Assembly: GCA_040754335.1 (NCBI GenBank)
Contig: JBFMCV010000006.1
Coordinates: 10,964 to 74,963, forward strand
Direction: 5' to 3'
Length of the DNA stretch: 64,000 nt
Source: Thermodesulfobacteriota bacterium
Lineage (GTDB): Bacteria > Desulfobacterota_D > UBA1144 > Nemesobacterales > UBA2774
Made by a program: the position numbers and the translations under genes. Positions 18,032 through 27,337 of the stretch are shown piece by piece; position 1 is the stretch's first letter, and each line of letters opens with the position of its first letter. The notes under the pieces were generated by a model. The model was not told the origin of the DNA. It saw only the letters and a list, made by a program, of their open reading frames with translations, and searched no databases.

Positions 18032-19570
18032 CTTCGTAACGACCGCAAACCCTATCCAGAACACGAGACACGCCGCGGGAAAGACGTCGCCCACGCGCGT
18101 GTAAATCGTGGGCTCCCCGTTCATGAGCCCCACCTCGCTCTCGAGGTCGGTCTTGACGAAGATCGGGGTTTTCGCGACCACCCTGCCGACCGGGTCTATA
18201 ACGGCGCTGATTCCGGTGTTTGTCGACCTGAGCAGGTATCTCCTCGTCTCTACCGTCCTCGGGATCGATACGAAGAGGTGCTGATAAGGGGCTACGGTCC
18301 TCCCGAACCATGCGTCGTTCGTGATGTTGACTATCAGGTTGGCGCCCTTCTCGACGAACCTCCTGCTGAACGACGGGATGATGTCCTCGTAACAGATTAT
18401 GGGGGCGATCCTCGCCCCCTTTTCCTCGATCTCGAAAAGGTTGAGCTCGCTGCCCGGCGTGAAGTCGCCCGAAGCCGGGCTTATATTCCTGAGCGCGGGG
18501 ATCAGGTTCGTGAACGGGAGGTACTCGCCGAAGAGGAGGAGCTTTATTTTATGATACCTTCCCATTATCACGCCGTCCGAGTTGGTGAGGAAAGCGGTGT
18601 TGTATTTGATGAGGTTCTCGTCCGTCAGCACCTCGGCGTCTGGTTCTTTGGGAGTGAAAGACATGCCCCCGACTATGAAGTATTTACCGTCCATCTGGGG
18701 GACGCCCATTTCCTCCCTCACCAGGAGATAATCGGATTCCGTCGGGAACCATGCCTGTATAGCCGTCTCGGGCCATATAATGAGTTCCGCCGACTTAAGT
18801 ACCCTGGACATCTCCTTATGCCTCTCGGTGACCACCTCTTCCTGGCTCTCCGACTTTTCGAGGAAATCGAAATTCGCCTGAACCATGCCTATCCTGAGCT
18901 TGGGAGCCTCTGCGATTTCCCTGTCGACCTCGGCTATCCTGTAATATCCATAGAGGAGCGTGGCGATAATAAGAACCGCCGATAATACAATCTCGTGTAC
19001 GGGGTAGCGGCGGCCTTCCGTGAACTTTTTAATAATTCTCAAGAGCGTCACGTTGACGACCACTATAATGAAGCTCAGGAGATAGACGCCCAGGAGGTCG
19101 AAGACCTGTATTACAGGTATGTAGTCCGCCTGCGAGTTTGCGATCCCGTAGGGGAAGAGGAACGGGAAGAGGTATTCGACGGACGTCCACACGGAGGCTA
19201 TGAGCAATGCGGATACGACGCCCGGTCTCTTTAAGAAGCCGAGCTTCGTGACTATGTATGAAAATATCGCGTAGGATAAGCCGGAGAACGCGCTCAGGAC
19301 AATAATGAAGAGGACGCTCACGATTATGGGGAACCCCCCGAACCTGCTGAGCGTGCCTATCAGCCAGTACGTCCCCGTGAAGTTCGAGACGAGCCCTGCG
19401 AGGAGTCCGAGCTTGAATGCGTCTTTCGCGGACTTCTGCTCGATCGCCCAAAAGAGCGGCACGAGGAGCACCCAGGCGAGTAACCCTGTGTAGGGGATCA
19501 TGAACGTGAGTGGATAAAGCACCCCCGTGAGCGCGGCCAAGACGACGTCGTTACTGCCTATCCTGTTCAT
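17993..19570 (-). CDS. lnt: Apolipoprotein N-acyltransferase.
   Basis: The 525-aa protein has N-terminal polytopic TM helices and a CN-hydrolase domain (…ICYEDIIP…, LLRSTNTGISAVIDPVGRV). Its 3' end overlaps hisC convergently by 39 nt. Confidence 0.85.
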   Translation of the reverse strand: MNRIGSNDVVLAALTGVLYPLTFMIPYTGLLAWVLLVPLFWAIEQKSAKDAFKLGLLAGLVSNFTGTYWLIGTLSRFGGFPIIVSVLFIIVLSAFSGLSYAIFSYIVTKLGFLKRPGVVSALLIASVWTSVEYLFPFLFPYGIANSQADYIPVIQVFDLLGVYLLSFIIVVVNVTLLRIIKKFTEGRRYPVHEIVLSAVLIIATLLYGYYRIAEVDREIAEAPKLRIGMVQANFDFLEKSESQEEVVTERHKEMSRVLKSAELIIWPETAIQAWFPTESDYLLVREEMGVPQMDGKYFIVGGMSFTPKEPDAEVLTDENLIKYNTAFLTNSDGVIMGRYHKIKLLLFGEYLPFTNLIPALRNISPASGDFTPGSELNLFEIEEKGARIAPIICYEDIIPSFSRRFVEKGANLIVNITNDAWFGRTVAPYQHLFVSIPRTVETRRYLLRSTNTGISAVIDPVGRVVAKTPIFVKTDLESEVGLMNGEPTIYTRVGDVFPAACLVFWIGFAVVTKLRRKNSAEGVEE

Positions 19571-19635
19571 GGTGGATAAAAGATACCCAATGCGCTAATT
19601 ATGAGAAGGAAGGTGCGGGTGAACACCCGCAGGCA

Positions 19636-19710
19636 CACACATAGTGTGTTTTAATATTCCTTCCAACTCCTCCGATTAATTCAACAACGAAGCCCGACCC
19701 GTTCGTCCTG
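19636..19710. repeat. Intergenic repeat element, copy A (CACACATAGTGTG hairpin ... ATTCCTTCCAACTC ... CCGTTCGTCCTG).
   Basis: A ~75-bp block is shared with 23527-23601 in the same order and with similar spacing. Confidence 0.7.
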
Positions 19711-19836
19711 CTTGTCCGGCGTAGCTTTAGCGAAGACGGAAGCGTGTCGAAGTGCGTATGTTTAGCCGGGATACTGTGCAAACTTTTCGAAGATCAGGCA
19801 ATGTTTGATCGTAACGTGTGAATAGGGGTCCTAAAA

Positions 19837-20640
19837 TTACGCCTTTTTCTTCTTTGCGGATTGTTTGGGGCTTGCGGGTGCGAGCTCGGTCTCTCCAGCC
19901 GAGCGGAGCCTGTAGAGCTTTACCGCGCCGACTATGATAATAAATACTGCCATGAGCTGAGCCAGTGAGAGTCCCGGTATGGGGCTAGGCGTCGTGTTCC
20001 TGAGAAATTCGATGAAGAACCTTTCGAGTCCGGCCAGTATGAGATATATCGAGAAGAGCCATCCCGCCGGCCTCTCGAGCTTCCTTATCTTCCATATGAA
20101 CACGAAAACGACCGACATTATAATGATCTCGTAGAGCTGGGTCGGATGTACGGGCACGTCCGTCGGCGGAAGCCCCTTAGGGAACGGCATTGCCCAGGGC
20201 AGGTCTGACGGGACCCCGTAATCGTCCCCCACGAGTAAGCACCCGATGCGTCCGATGGCGTATGCCAGGGCCAGCGCGGGAGAAGCAAGGTCGCCCACGA
20301 CCCACATGCTGAGCTTGTTCCTCCGGGCGATGATCCATGTAAGGATTATCGCGCCGAAGAACCCCCCGTAATAGGTGAGCCCGCCCCGCGAGAGAAGGTT
20401 GTCGAGGGGGTGTCTCAGGAGCTCCGAAAGCGGCACGTTCTCGAATACATATAACAGCTTCGCTCCTATAATCCCGCCAGCCATCGTCGCGAGGAACAAA
20501 TTCCCTACTAGCTTTTCATTCAGCTTCTTCCTCTTGGCTTCGAGCGTTATCACCCAGTACCCTGCTACGAAGCAGAGTGCTATCATCACTCCGAACGAGG
20601 ATATGGAGAAGTTCCCGATTTTGATAAGTTCCGGATACAT
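19837..20640 (-). CDS. lgt: Prolipoprotein diacylglyceryl transferase.
   Basis: The 267-aa polytopic protein has a typical Lgt N-terminus and the GRIGCLLVGDDYG signature region. Confidence 0.9.
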   Translation of the reverse strand: MYPELIKIGNFSISSFGVMIALCFVAGYWVITLEAKRKKLNEKLVGNLFLATMAGGIIGAKLLYVFENVPLSELLRHPLDNLLSRGGLTYYGGFFGAIILTWIIARRNKLSMWVVGDLASPALALAYAIGRIGCLLVGDDYGVPSDLPWAMPFPKGLPPTDVPVHPTQLYEIIIMSVVFVFIWKIRKLERPAGWLFSIYLILAGLERFFIEFLRNTTPSPIPGLSLAQLMAVFIIIVGAVKLYRLRSAGETELAPASPKQSAKKKKA

Positions 20641-20644
20641 TCGG

Positions 20645-20788
20645 CTAACTCTTGGTGGGACCCTTTAGCCTTTCGGCCTCGATCTCTTTCTTGAGCCTTG
20701 TGTTTGCCGCTATCAAATAATAAAGCATCGCAAAGAGTATCGCCGAGAGGGCCAGCTGGATCAGAAATGCGGTTACGAGCGTATTCAT
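20645..20788 (-). CDS. Small 47-aa single-TM protein encoded 4 nt upstream of lgt. It is below the ORF-track size cutoff.
   Basis: My own translation gives MNTLVTAFLIQLALSAILFAMLYYLIAANTRLKKEIEAERLKGPTKS. An AAGGGA Shine-Dalgarno lies 6 nt upstream of the ATG. The gene is tightly coupled to lgt. Confidence 0.3.
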   Translation of the reverse strand: MNTLVTAFLIQLALSAILFAMLYYLIAANTRLKKEIEAERLKGPTKS

Positions 20789-20936
20789 TGATTTCCCTTA
20801 ATACTTTGAACGGAGGAACCTATAAGTCAAGTAATTTCTGTTTTTAGGCCATTTTTATAAAAAGTTACATCTTAACGATACTTTAACACATTTTTACTTG
20901 AATAGCACATTAAAAAGAGGTAAATTCACATACCAT

Positions 20937-21536
20937 ATGCTAACCGCCCCCGTGTTAGTCCTTAACCGCTACTTCGTCCCGGTCACAATCACAAGCGTCA
21001 AAAGGGCATTCGTGCTGATGTACAGCGGCGTGGCGAAGGCCGTGGGCTCGGATTTCGAGACCTTCGATTTCGAGTCCTGGTCGCAGATTTCCGCGATGAA
21101 AGAGGACGAGGACGTGATAAGGACGGTGAACGCCGTCATACTGACGCCGCGCGTGATAGTGCTCGTGAGGTATGAAGGGGTCATAAGGAAAGAGGCCAAG
21201 TTCAACCGCATAAATATATTCAGGCGGGACGGCGGCACGTGCCAGTACTGCGCGAGAAAATATTCCCGCTCCGAGCTCACTATAGACCACGTCATTCCCC
21301 GCTCGCAGGGAGGGAGGAGCGTCTGGGACAACGTCGTCTGCTGCTGTGTCGACTGCAACAGGAAAAAGGGCGGCAGGACCCCCGAGCAGGCAAGGATGAA
21401 GCTCAAGAGGAAGCCCAAGAAGCCTCTCTGGGACCCGTTCTCCAACATATACATCAAGGCTGTAATGTATAAGGAATGGGAGCCCTATCTCAACTTCGTC
21501 GATATCTCCTACTGGAACGTCGAGCTCGAGGAATAA
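20937..21536 (+). CDS. HNH endonuclease family protein.
   Basis: It has the motif CQYCAR..S.LTIDHVIPRSQGG.S.WDNVVCCC.DCNRKKG (HNH with zinc-binding Cys pairs). I chose the start at the internal ATG (MLTAPVLVLN). Confidence 0.8.
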   Translation: MLTAPVLVLNRYFVPVTITSVKRAFVLMYSGVAKAVGSDFETFDFESWSQISAMKEDEDVIRTVNAVILTPRVIVLVRYEGVIRKEAKFNRINIFRRDGGTCQYCARKYSRSELTIDHVIPRSQGGRSVWDNVVCCCVDCNRKKGGRTPEQARMKLKRKPKKPLWDPFSNIYIKAVMYKEWEPYLNFVDISYWNVELEE

Positions 21537-21662
21537 ATTCCCTCTATTTACCGGATAATCTCAAATAAGCTGGCATTTCATTCTCCCATAGGCTAAATTT
21601 ATTTTCGATTAATAATGTTATCGTTCCAATAATCTATACAAGGATTCATAGGGAGGAGCACG

Positions 21663-22922
21663 ATGGCTTTCAGAATTTTCCTGATGTCGATTTCCGTTTT
21701 TTTCACCATAACAGCGGGAGCCTGGTCCCAGATCAAACTGCCTGACGTCACTGGACCGATAATACAGAAGATACCCATATTCATCCCTGACCTGTCGAGC
21801 ATAGGATCAGCCGATCCCAGGGGGCGGGAGTTCGCAGAGGTGCTGAGGAACGACTTGGAGAACGCGGCCCTTTTCGAAGTGAGCGCGGGCGGTCCGATAA
21901 CAGGCGACGTAAATAATATAAGCTTCCAGGCGTTCTTCGATGCGGGCGCGGATTATTTAGTGGCGGGGCAGTACCAGTCGGTCGGCGGAAAATTAAAGTA
22001 CGCCGTCCAGCTCTTCAATGTCAGGGAGGAGAGGCCGATTCTCGGAAGGTCGTACGAGGCCACGCCCGGCAAGGTCAGGGAAGCCGCACACAGGTTCGCC
22101 GACCTCGTGATGAAGCAGATCACAGGCAACGACGGCTTCTTCACGTCGAAGATCGCATTTGTCCTCGGAGGGACGAGGAGCAGGAACCTCTTTATCTCCG
22201 ACTACGACGGAGCGAATATGAGACAGCTCACGAGGCACAGCTCGCTCGTGATGTCCCCCGACTGCTCTCCCAGTGGCAACGAGATAATATTCAATTCCGA
22301 CAAGGTATGGGATCAGGACCTCTACATCATGACACTCAGCCCGGCCGTTTCCGAGCGCAGGCTCACGCGCGCGTTCAAGCTCGAGCAGACAGGCGCGTGG
22401 TCCCCGAACGGCAACCTTATAGCCTTCAGCGCGAACGGCGACATTTATATCTCCGACCCGAGCGGGAAAAAACCCGTCAATATTACGCGGAGCACATCCA
22501 TCGACGTATCCCCCACGTGGTCTCCCGACGGCAACAGGATAGCGTTCGTATCCGACAGGGGCGGGAACCCGGGCATATACGTGATGAGCTCGAACGGGAG
22601 CGGCGTGAGAAAGGTAAGCGGGGGCGGGTACAGCACCGACCCTTCGTGGTCGCCTAGCCCGCAGGTCAACAAGATCGCCTTCGTCAAGGTGGAGGGAGGG
22701 GGCGCCAATATTTTCACAGTAAGTCCCGACGGCGGGGGCGAGGAAAGGCTTACGTCCGCCGGGAGGAACGAGACCCCAGCCTGGTCGCCCGACGGCCATT
22801 ACATCGCGTTCAGCTCGACGCGGAGCGGGGCCAAGAACCTGTACATCATGTACATGAACGGCGAGAACCAGAGGCCCCTCAGCCAGGGCGGAGGGAAATC
22901 CTATCCCACATGGTGCAGGTAA
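21663..22922 (+). CDS. TolB-like periplasmic beta-propeller protein (TolB_N plus PD40/WD40-like repeats).
   Basis: The protein is 419 aa with a signal peptide. It has a TolB N-terminal-like segment (IPIFIPDLSS...DLENAALFEV) and repeated WSPDGxxIAF blades. There are no tolQRA or pal genes alongside it. Confidence 0.75.
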   Translation: MAFRIFLMSISVFFTITAGAWSQIKLPDVTGPIIQKIPIFIPDLSSIGSADPRGREFAEVLRNDLENAALFEVSAGGPITGDVNNISFQAFFDAGADYLVAGQYQSVGGKLKYAVQLFNVREERPILGRSYEATPGKVREAAHRFADLVMKQITGNDGFFTSKIAFVLGGTRSRNLFISDYDGANMRQLTRHSSLVMSPDCSPSGNEIIFNSDKVWDQDLYIMTLSPAVSERRLTRAFKLEQTGAWSPNGNLIAFSANGDIYISDPSGKKPVNITRSTSIDVSPTWSPDGNRIAFVSDRGGNPGIYVMSSNGSGVRKVSGGGYSTDPSWSPSPQVNKIAFVKVEGGGANIFTVSPDGGGEERLTSAGRNETPAWSPDGHYIAFSSTRSGAKNLYIMYMNGENQRPLSQGGGKSYPTWCR

Positions 22923-22987
22923 CAGCGGAGTTATAACGATTCCCCCCGTTCGTAGACACGTGACTATGCAGCTCTGCGGGTGAATGA

Positions 22988-23524
22988 TTGAGACTCTTTA
23001 TAGCGGCGCTCCTGCCTCATGAGATAAGGGCCCGGATGGATGAGTATCTGGAAGCCGTCATGCCCTTGTGCGAGGGTGTGAAATGGGAAAAGAACGATAA
23101 ACTCCACGTCACTCTTAAATTCCTCGGCAACGTCGAAGATTCGAAGGTGCCCGAGATAGCTTCGATAATAGGCGGCCTCTCCCGGAATTATTCGCCGTTC
23201 GAGACGTCGATATCGGGCGTCGGCGGTTTCCCTGATCTCAGGAACCCCCGCATCCTGTATATAGGGTTATCCGAAAACCAGGAGCTTTCTTCGTTTCAGA
23301 GCGGGATCGAAGAGAGTCTAGAGCCCCTCGGATTCCCGAGGGAGACGCACAAGTTCGTCCCCCATGTGACTATCGGCAGGATCAAGAGCAGGATCCGGAT
23401 TAAAGAACCGCTGCCTCAGCCGGAGGCATGTAATTTTTCCATATCCGAAATCGGAGTTATGAAGAGCGAGACACGGAGAGACGGCTCGGTCTACACCCCC
23501 CTCCATATCTTTCATCTCCTCTAG
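22988..23524 (+). CDS. thpR: RNA 2',3'-cyclic phosphodiesterase (2H phosphoesterase, ThpR/LigT family).
   Basis: The 178-aa protein has two H-x-T-x motifs (LHVTLKF and PHVTIGR) at the expected spacing. It starts with TTG. Confidence 0.8.
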   Translation: MRLFIAALLPHEIRARMDEYLEAVMPLCEGVKWEKNDKLHVTLKFLGNVEDSKVPEIASIIGGLSRNYSPFETSISGVGGFPDLRNPRILYIGLSENQELSSFQSGIEESLEPLGFPRETHKFVPHVTIGRIKSRIRIKEPLPQPEACNFSISEIGVMKSETRRDGSVYTPLHIFHLL

Positions 23525-23526
23525 AG

Positions 23527-23601
23527 CACACATAGTGTGATTCTATGATTCCTTCCAACTCTTTTGCTCTAACCAGCAACAAAGCCAGTCCGTTCGCCCT
23601 G
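23527..23601. repeat. Intergenic repeat element, copy B.
   Basis: It has the same three blocks as copy A. It sits immediately after the thpR stop. Confidence 0.7.
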
Positions 23602-23815
23602 AGGCGCAGAACCTGCGCTCGTATATGATCCCTCTGTGGCTACTTAGCTTTGGCCAAATAATGAAGCCAAGATAATCCTAAACTGCGCGCCTGTCCTGAG
23701 CGAAGTCGAAGGATCGAAGGGTTGAACGGGTATTACTACTGTAGGTTCGCGGGTGAGAATCTGGTTTTATTCTGTCATTTCGAGCGTACGCGAGAAATCC
23801 ATCTTTCAAGCCGTC

Positions 23816-23860
23816 ATCCTGAACCATGTCCCGTGCAATGACACGGGATCTGTTCAGGAT
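23816..23860. repeat. 45-nt nested perfect/near-perfect palindrome (VILN-type REP-like element).
   Basis: The sequence is ATCCTGAAC-CATGTCCCGTG-caat-gACACGGGATCT-GTTCAGGAT. The outer stem is 9 bp and the inner stem is 7 bp or more. Confidence 0.7.
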
Positions 23861-24181
23861 CTCATCTTTTTCTTATCAATTCGACCAACGGGAGAAATGC
23901 GTCTTTATCTTTAATTCCCTCCTTAGAAAAAGGAGAACAATTTCGAGCAAGAGAGAAATTGGTCGGTGCTGATATATGGCAAAGAAATGCCTTAATCGGA
24001 GTAACGTGGGTAGTCAATCCAAATTAGGGAGGATTTGGATTTTAACCCCGCTCGTGCAGAACCTGTTGAAGGACGCATCCTTATTTCTCTCTCCCTCATG
24101 AAATGTCCATCGCACTGAATCCAATATCGAAAACTTTTAATCTATAATAGTAGACACCTGTCTTCGTATAGGGGGGAAGAT

Positions 24182-25120
24182 ATGAAGATCTACGTAACGG
24201 GAGCCACGGGAGTCCTCGGCAGGAGGCTCGTGAAGGGCCTCGTCTCCCGCGGGCACACGGTCGTGGGAATGGCGAGGAGCCCCAAGGGCGAGGATACGGT
24301 CAGGTCTCTCGGCGGAATACCCTCACGCGCCGAACTTTTCGATTCCAAATCCTTACTTCCCGATGTCGAAGGCTCCGACGTCGTTATACATGCCGCGACC
24401 TCAATTCCCGTAAAAGAGAGGATGAAGCAAACTGACTTCGCATTGAATGACCGCATAAGGCGCGAAGGGACCAGTGTACTCACTGAATGCGCCGTTAAAA
24501 CCGGAGTGAAGAAGCTGATATTCCAGAACGTAGTCTGGGTCGCCACACCGCCTGACGGGTCATATTTTGATGAAAGCTCCCCGGTCAATCCCAACGAATC
24601 AGTGCAGTCGGGTATAGACGGCGAGAATATTGTGCTTCAGGCAGCCGAGAAACACGGTTTTATAGGCATCTCCCTCCGCTGCGGCTTTTTTTACGGCTCC
24701 GACACCGCTCATACGAGGACGATCGCGGAAGGACTTAAAAAAAGAAAGTTCCCCATTATCGGCAGCGGCAATAATTACTGGTCCAACATCCACGTCGACG
24801 ATGCGGCATCCGCCTTCGTGACCGCTGTACTCGAAGACCTCAATGGCGTCTGGCACGTCGTCGACGACGGGCCTGTCAAGGTGGGTGAGTTTCTGGGCGC
24901 ATTCTCCGAAAAGCTCGGCGCCGCCCCTCCCCGCCGCATACCTCTGTGGCTGGGCCGTTTTCTCGCGGGAAGCTATGCCGTAAATTTTTTCACCGCGTCT
25001 ACGAATACCTCGAATAAAAAGCTCCGTGCGGCGTCGAGCTGGACGCCCAGGTATCCGACTTACAAAGAAGGCTTCGCGCAGGTTATTAATGACTGGAAGG
25101 CGGAGGGCTTTCTTCTCTAG
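24182..25120 (+). CDS. NAD-dependent epimerase/dehydratase (extended SDR).
   Basis: It has the N-terminal Rossmann motif MKIYVTGATGVLG. It is 312 aa and has a strong RBS (GGGGGGAAG) before the ATG. Confidence 0.8.
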   Translation: MKIYVTGATGVLGRRLVKGLVSRGHTVVGMARSPKGEDTVRSLGGIPSRAELFDSKSLLPDVEGSDVVIHAATSIPVKERMKQTDFALNDRIRREGTSVLTECAVKTGVKKLIFQNVVWVATPPDGSYFDESSPVNPNESVQSGIDGENIVLQAAEKHGFIGISLRCGFFYGSDTAHTRTIAEGLKKRKFPIIGSGNNYWSNIHVDDAASAFVTAVLEDLNGVWHVVDDGPVKVGEFLGAFSEKLGAAPPRRIPLWLGRFLAGSYAVNFFTASTNTSNKKLRAASSWTPRYPTYKEGFAQVINDWKAEGFLL

Positions 25121-25123
25121 ACG

Positions 25124-25735
25124 ATGACAGGCTCGAAACCCGCACAAGGTACAAGGACAGTAACAATAGCGGTCATAATATGGCTCCTTGCCTCTGTCAT
25201 GGCCGGTGCGTCGGGTATCTTCTCGAACCTTCGTCCCCCGTTTCCACAGGCCGTCCTCCTCGGACTCGTAATAGTCGAGCTCCTGATTTTTGCATTCTCC
25301 TCCGGCTTCAGGGGGTGGTGCCTCTCTGTAGACGTGAGGGCGCTTGCGCTATTTCACCTCACGCGTTTCGTCGGCATATATTTCCTGATTCTTTATTCTC
25401 AGGGCAGGCTCCCCTACGATTTCGCGGTACCCGGCGGGTGGGGAGACACAGCGGCTGCCGCAGCAGTCGTAATCCTGGTTTTATTCGTTAAGCCCGTGGG
25501 AAAAACCGCATGGATTCTCTATCTTGTTTGGAACCTGTTCGGCTTTCTCGATATATTATTCGTAGTCGTGACTGCGGCGAGGCTCGCGTTCTCAGGGCCC
25601 GGCTCGATGAGCGAGCTGCTCAGGCTCCCGCTCAATCTTTTGCTGACTTTCGTAGTCCCGGTAATCATATTCACGCACATAGTGATTTTCATAAGACTGA
25701 TCATAAGCTGGAAACGCGGTTATCAGTTTATCTGA
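25124..25735 (+). CDS. Hypothetical membrane protein with ~5 TM helices.
   Basis: It is hydrophobic. It is translationally coupled to the epimerase gene, starting 4 nt after that gene's stop. Confidence 0.4.
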   Translation: MTGSKPAQGTRTVTIAVIIWLLASVMAGASGIFSNLRPPFPQAVLLGLVIVELLIFAFSSGFRGWCLSVDVRALALFHLTRFVGIYFLILYSQGRLPYDFAVPGGWGDTAAAAAVVILVLFVKPVGKTAWILYLVWNLFGFLDILFVVVTAARLAFSGPGSMSELLRLPLNLLLTFVVPVIIFTHIVIFIRLIISWKRGYQFI

Positions 25736-25829
25736 TCCGATTTTGTAATCTCGCCGCGCTCCGCTTATTGCTGTCTTATACGTAAACTTGATGCTTGCTA
25801 TACAACATCGGATAAGTGAGGATGATTGA

Positions 25830-26528
25830 ATGGACAGTGACGGTAAATTCGAGGGGTTCCCGAAAGGGACTTTTGATTTTTTAAGGGATCTGGAGTTGAA
25901 CAATAACAGGGACTGGTTCGAATCAAGCCGCAGCATTTACGAAGACCTCGTCCTCAGACCCGCCCAGGAATTCGTCGTCGAGATGGGAGACAGGCTCAAA
26001 ACCATATCCCCGCGCGTATCGGCTATCCCGCTCATCGATAAATCGATATTCCGCCTTTACAGGGACACGAGGTTCTCCACGGACAAGACTCCCTATAAGA
26101 CTCATCTCGGCATGCTCTTCTGGGAAGGCCCGAGGAAGAAGCTCGAGAACCCGAACTATTACGTCCAGCTCAATAAATCCTCGATCTTCTTGGGCGCCGG
26201 AGAATACCGTTTCACCGCCGACCTCCTGAGGCGGTACAGGGATTCCGTCGTCCATCCAAGACGGGGCGTGGAGCTGAAAAGAATTCTGGACGAGATAACC
26301 GCGAACGAGTCGTACAAGATAGGCGGCGGGCATTATAAGAGGGTTCCGCGGGGTTACGACCCTGATCATCCTAATGCGGGGCTGCTGCTCCATAACGGGC
26401 TTTATACGTATTATGAAGGGGCGCTTCCGGATGAGATATATTCTTCACGGTTCGTCGATTTCTGCTTCAGTATTCTTAAGGAGATGTCCCCGCTTCAGGG
26501 ATGGCTGGGAAGAGTCAATAATATATAA
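25830..26528 (+). CDS. DUF2461 (TIGR02453) family protein.
   Basis: The N-terminus FEGFPKGTFDFLRDLELNNNRDWFESSRSIYEDLV matches the conserved start of this family. Confidence 0.6.
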   Translation: MDSDGKFEGFPKGTFDFLRDLELNNNRDWFESSRSIYEDLVLRPAQEFVVEMGDRLKTISPRVSAIPLIDKSIFRLYRDTRFSTDKTPYKTHLGMLFWEGPRKKLENPNYYVQLNKSSIFLGAGEYRFTADLLRRYRDSVVHPRRGVELKRILDEITANESYKIGGGHYKRVPRGYDPDHPNAGLLLHNGLYTYYEGALPDEIYSSRFVDFCFSILKEMSPLQGWLGRVNNI

Positions 26529-26552
26529 TACAAGTGAGTATTATAAGAATCA

Positions 26553-26936
26553 GTGGAGGCAATAATGACAGACGAAGAAAGGAAATCGATAGCCTCAGAG
26601 TATCTGAAGAGTCTCGATTACGGGAGGGACTTCTTCCACCTCTTCGCGGAAGACGCGGAGGTGTTCTTTCCCAACTGGGGAGTCGCGAGAGGGGCGGCGG
26701 AATACAAGAGACTCTTTTCCGACCTGGGCTCGCGCGTAGCGGAGTTCACACACCACCACGCTTATATAAACTGGATTATTCAGGGAGACATGGTCGTCGC
26801 CGAAGGGTCGAGCGAGGGGAAGCTCAAGACGGGGGAGAGCTGGTCGGACAGCAAGTGGTGCGACGTCTTCGAGATAAGGGACGGGAAGATACAGCGCCTC
26901 TACATATACCTCGACCCCGAATACTCGAGGTATTGA
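26553..26936 (+). CDS. SnoaL-like / NTF2-like small protein.
   Basis: It is 127 aa with the alpha+beta cone fold pattern. Its size and hydrophobic pattern are consistent with SnoaL/NTF2-like domains. Confidence 0.45.
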   Translation: MEAIMTDEERKSIASEYLKSLDYGRDFFHLFAEDAEVFFPNWGVARGAAEYKRLFSDLGSRVAEFTHHHAYINWIIQGDMVVAEGSSEGKLKTGESWSDSKWCDVFEIRDGKIQRLYIYLDPEYSRY

Positions 26937-26960
26937 CCGGCGTCCCCCGGAGACATAAAA

Positions 26961-27311
26961 ATGAAAATCACGAGAGTTTACTCGGACCCTTCCGGGGAAT
27001 CCCATTTCGGAGAGATCGAGATCGGCCTCCGCGACAAGGGCTCCATCGGCAGGCTCTCCGAGCGTTTCCCGGTGAAATCCATGATCTTCAGGGAAAACGA
27101 CTCCGACTACGATTACGACTGGCATAACGCCCCCGAGAGGCAGTACATAGTGCTTCTCGACGGGGAGATAGAGATAGAGGTCGGCGACGGAGAGAGAAGG
27201 ATATTCCGCGGCGGGGACGTGATATTCGTCGAGGACGTGGACGGCAGGGGCCACAGGACGAGGGTTACAAATAACAGGCCGCGGAGATCGGTTTTCGTGA
27301 CGCTTGGGTAA
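26961..27311 (+). CDS. Cupin-fold small protein.
   Basis: It is 116 aa. The segment YIVLLDGEIEIEVGDGERRIFRGGDVIFV is typical of a cupin beta-barrel. Confidence 0.45.
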   Translation: MKITRVYSDPSGESHFGEIEIGLRDKGSIGRLSERFPVKSMIFRENDSDYDYDWHNAPERQYIVLLDGEIEIEVGDGERRIFRGGDVIFVEDVDGRGHRTRVTNNRPRRSVFVTLG

Positions 27312-27337
27312 TCGACTGATACATCTGCGAGGGACAC

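Noticed and set aside
24844-24860. TGGCAC hexamers (also at ~31817) as possible sigma54 (-24/-12) promoters, given rpoN in the window.
   Set aside because: Neither has a correctly spaced TTGC(A/T) element (GG-N10-GC fails), and both lie inside coding sequence.
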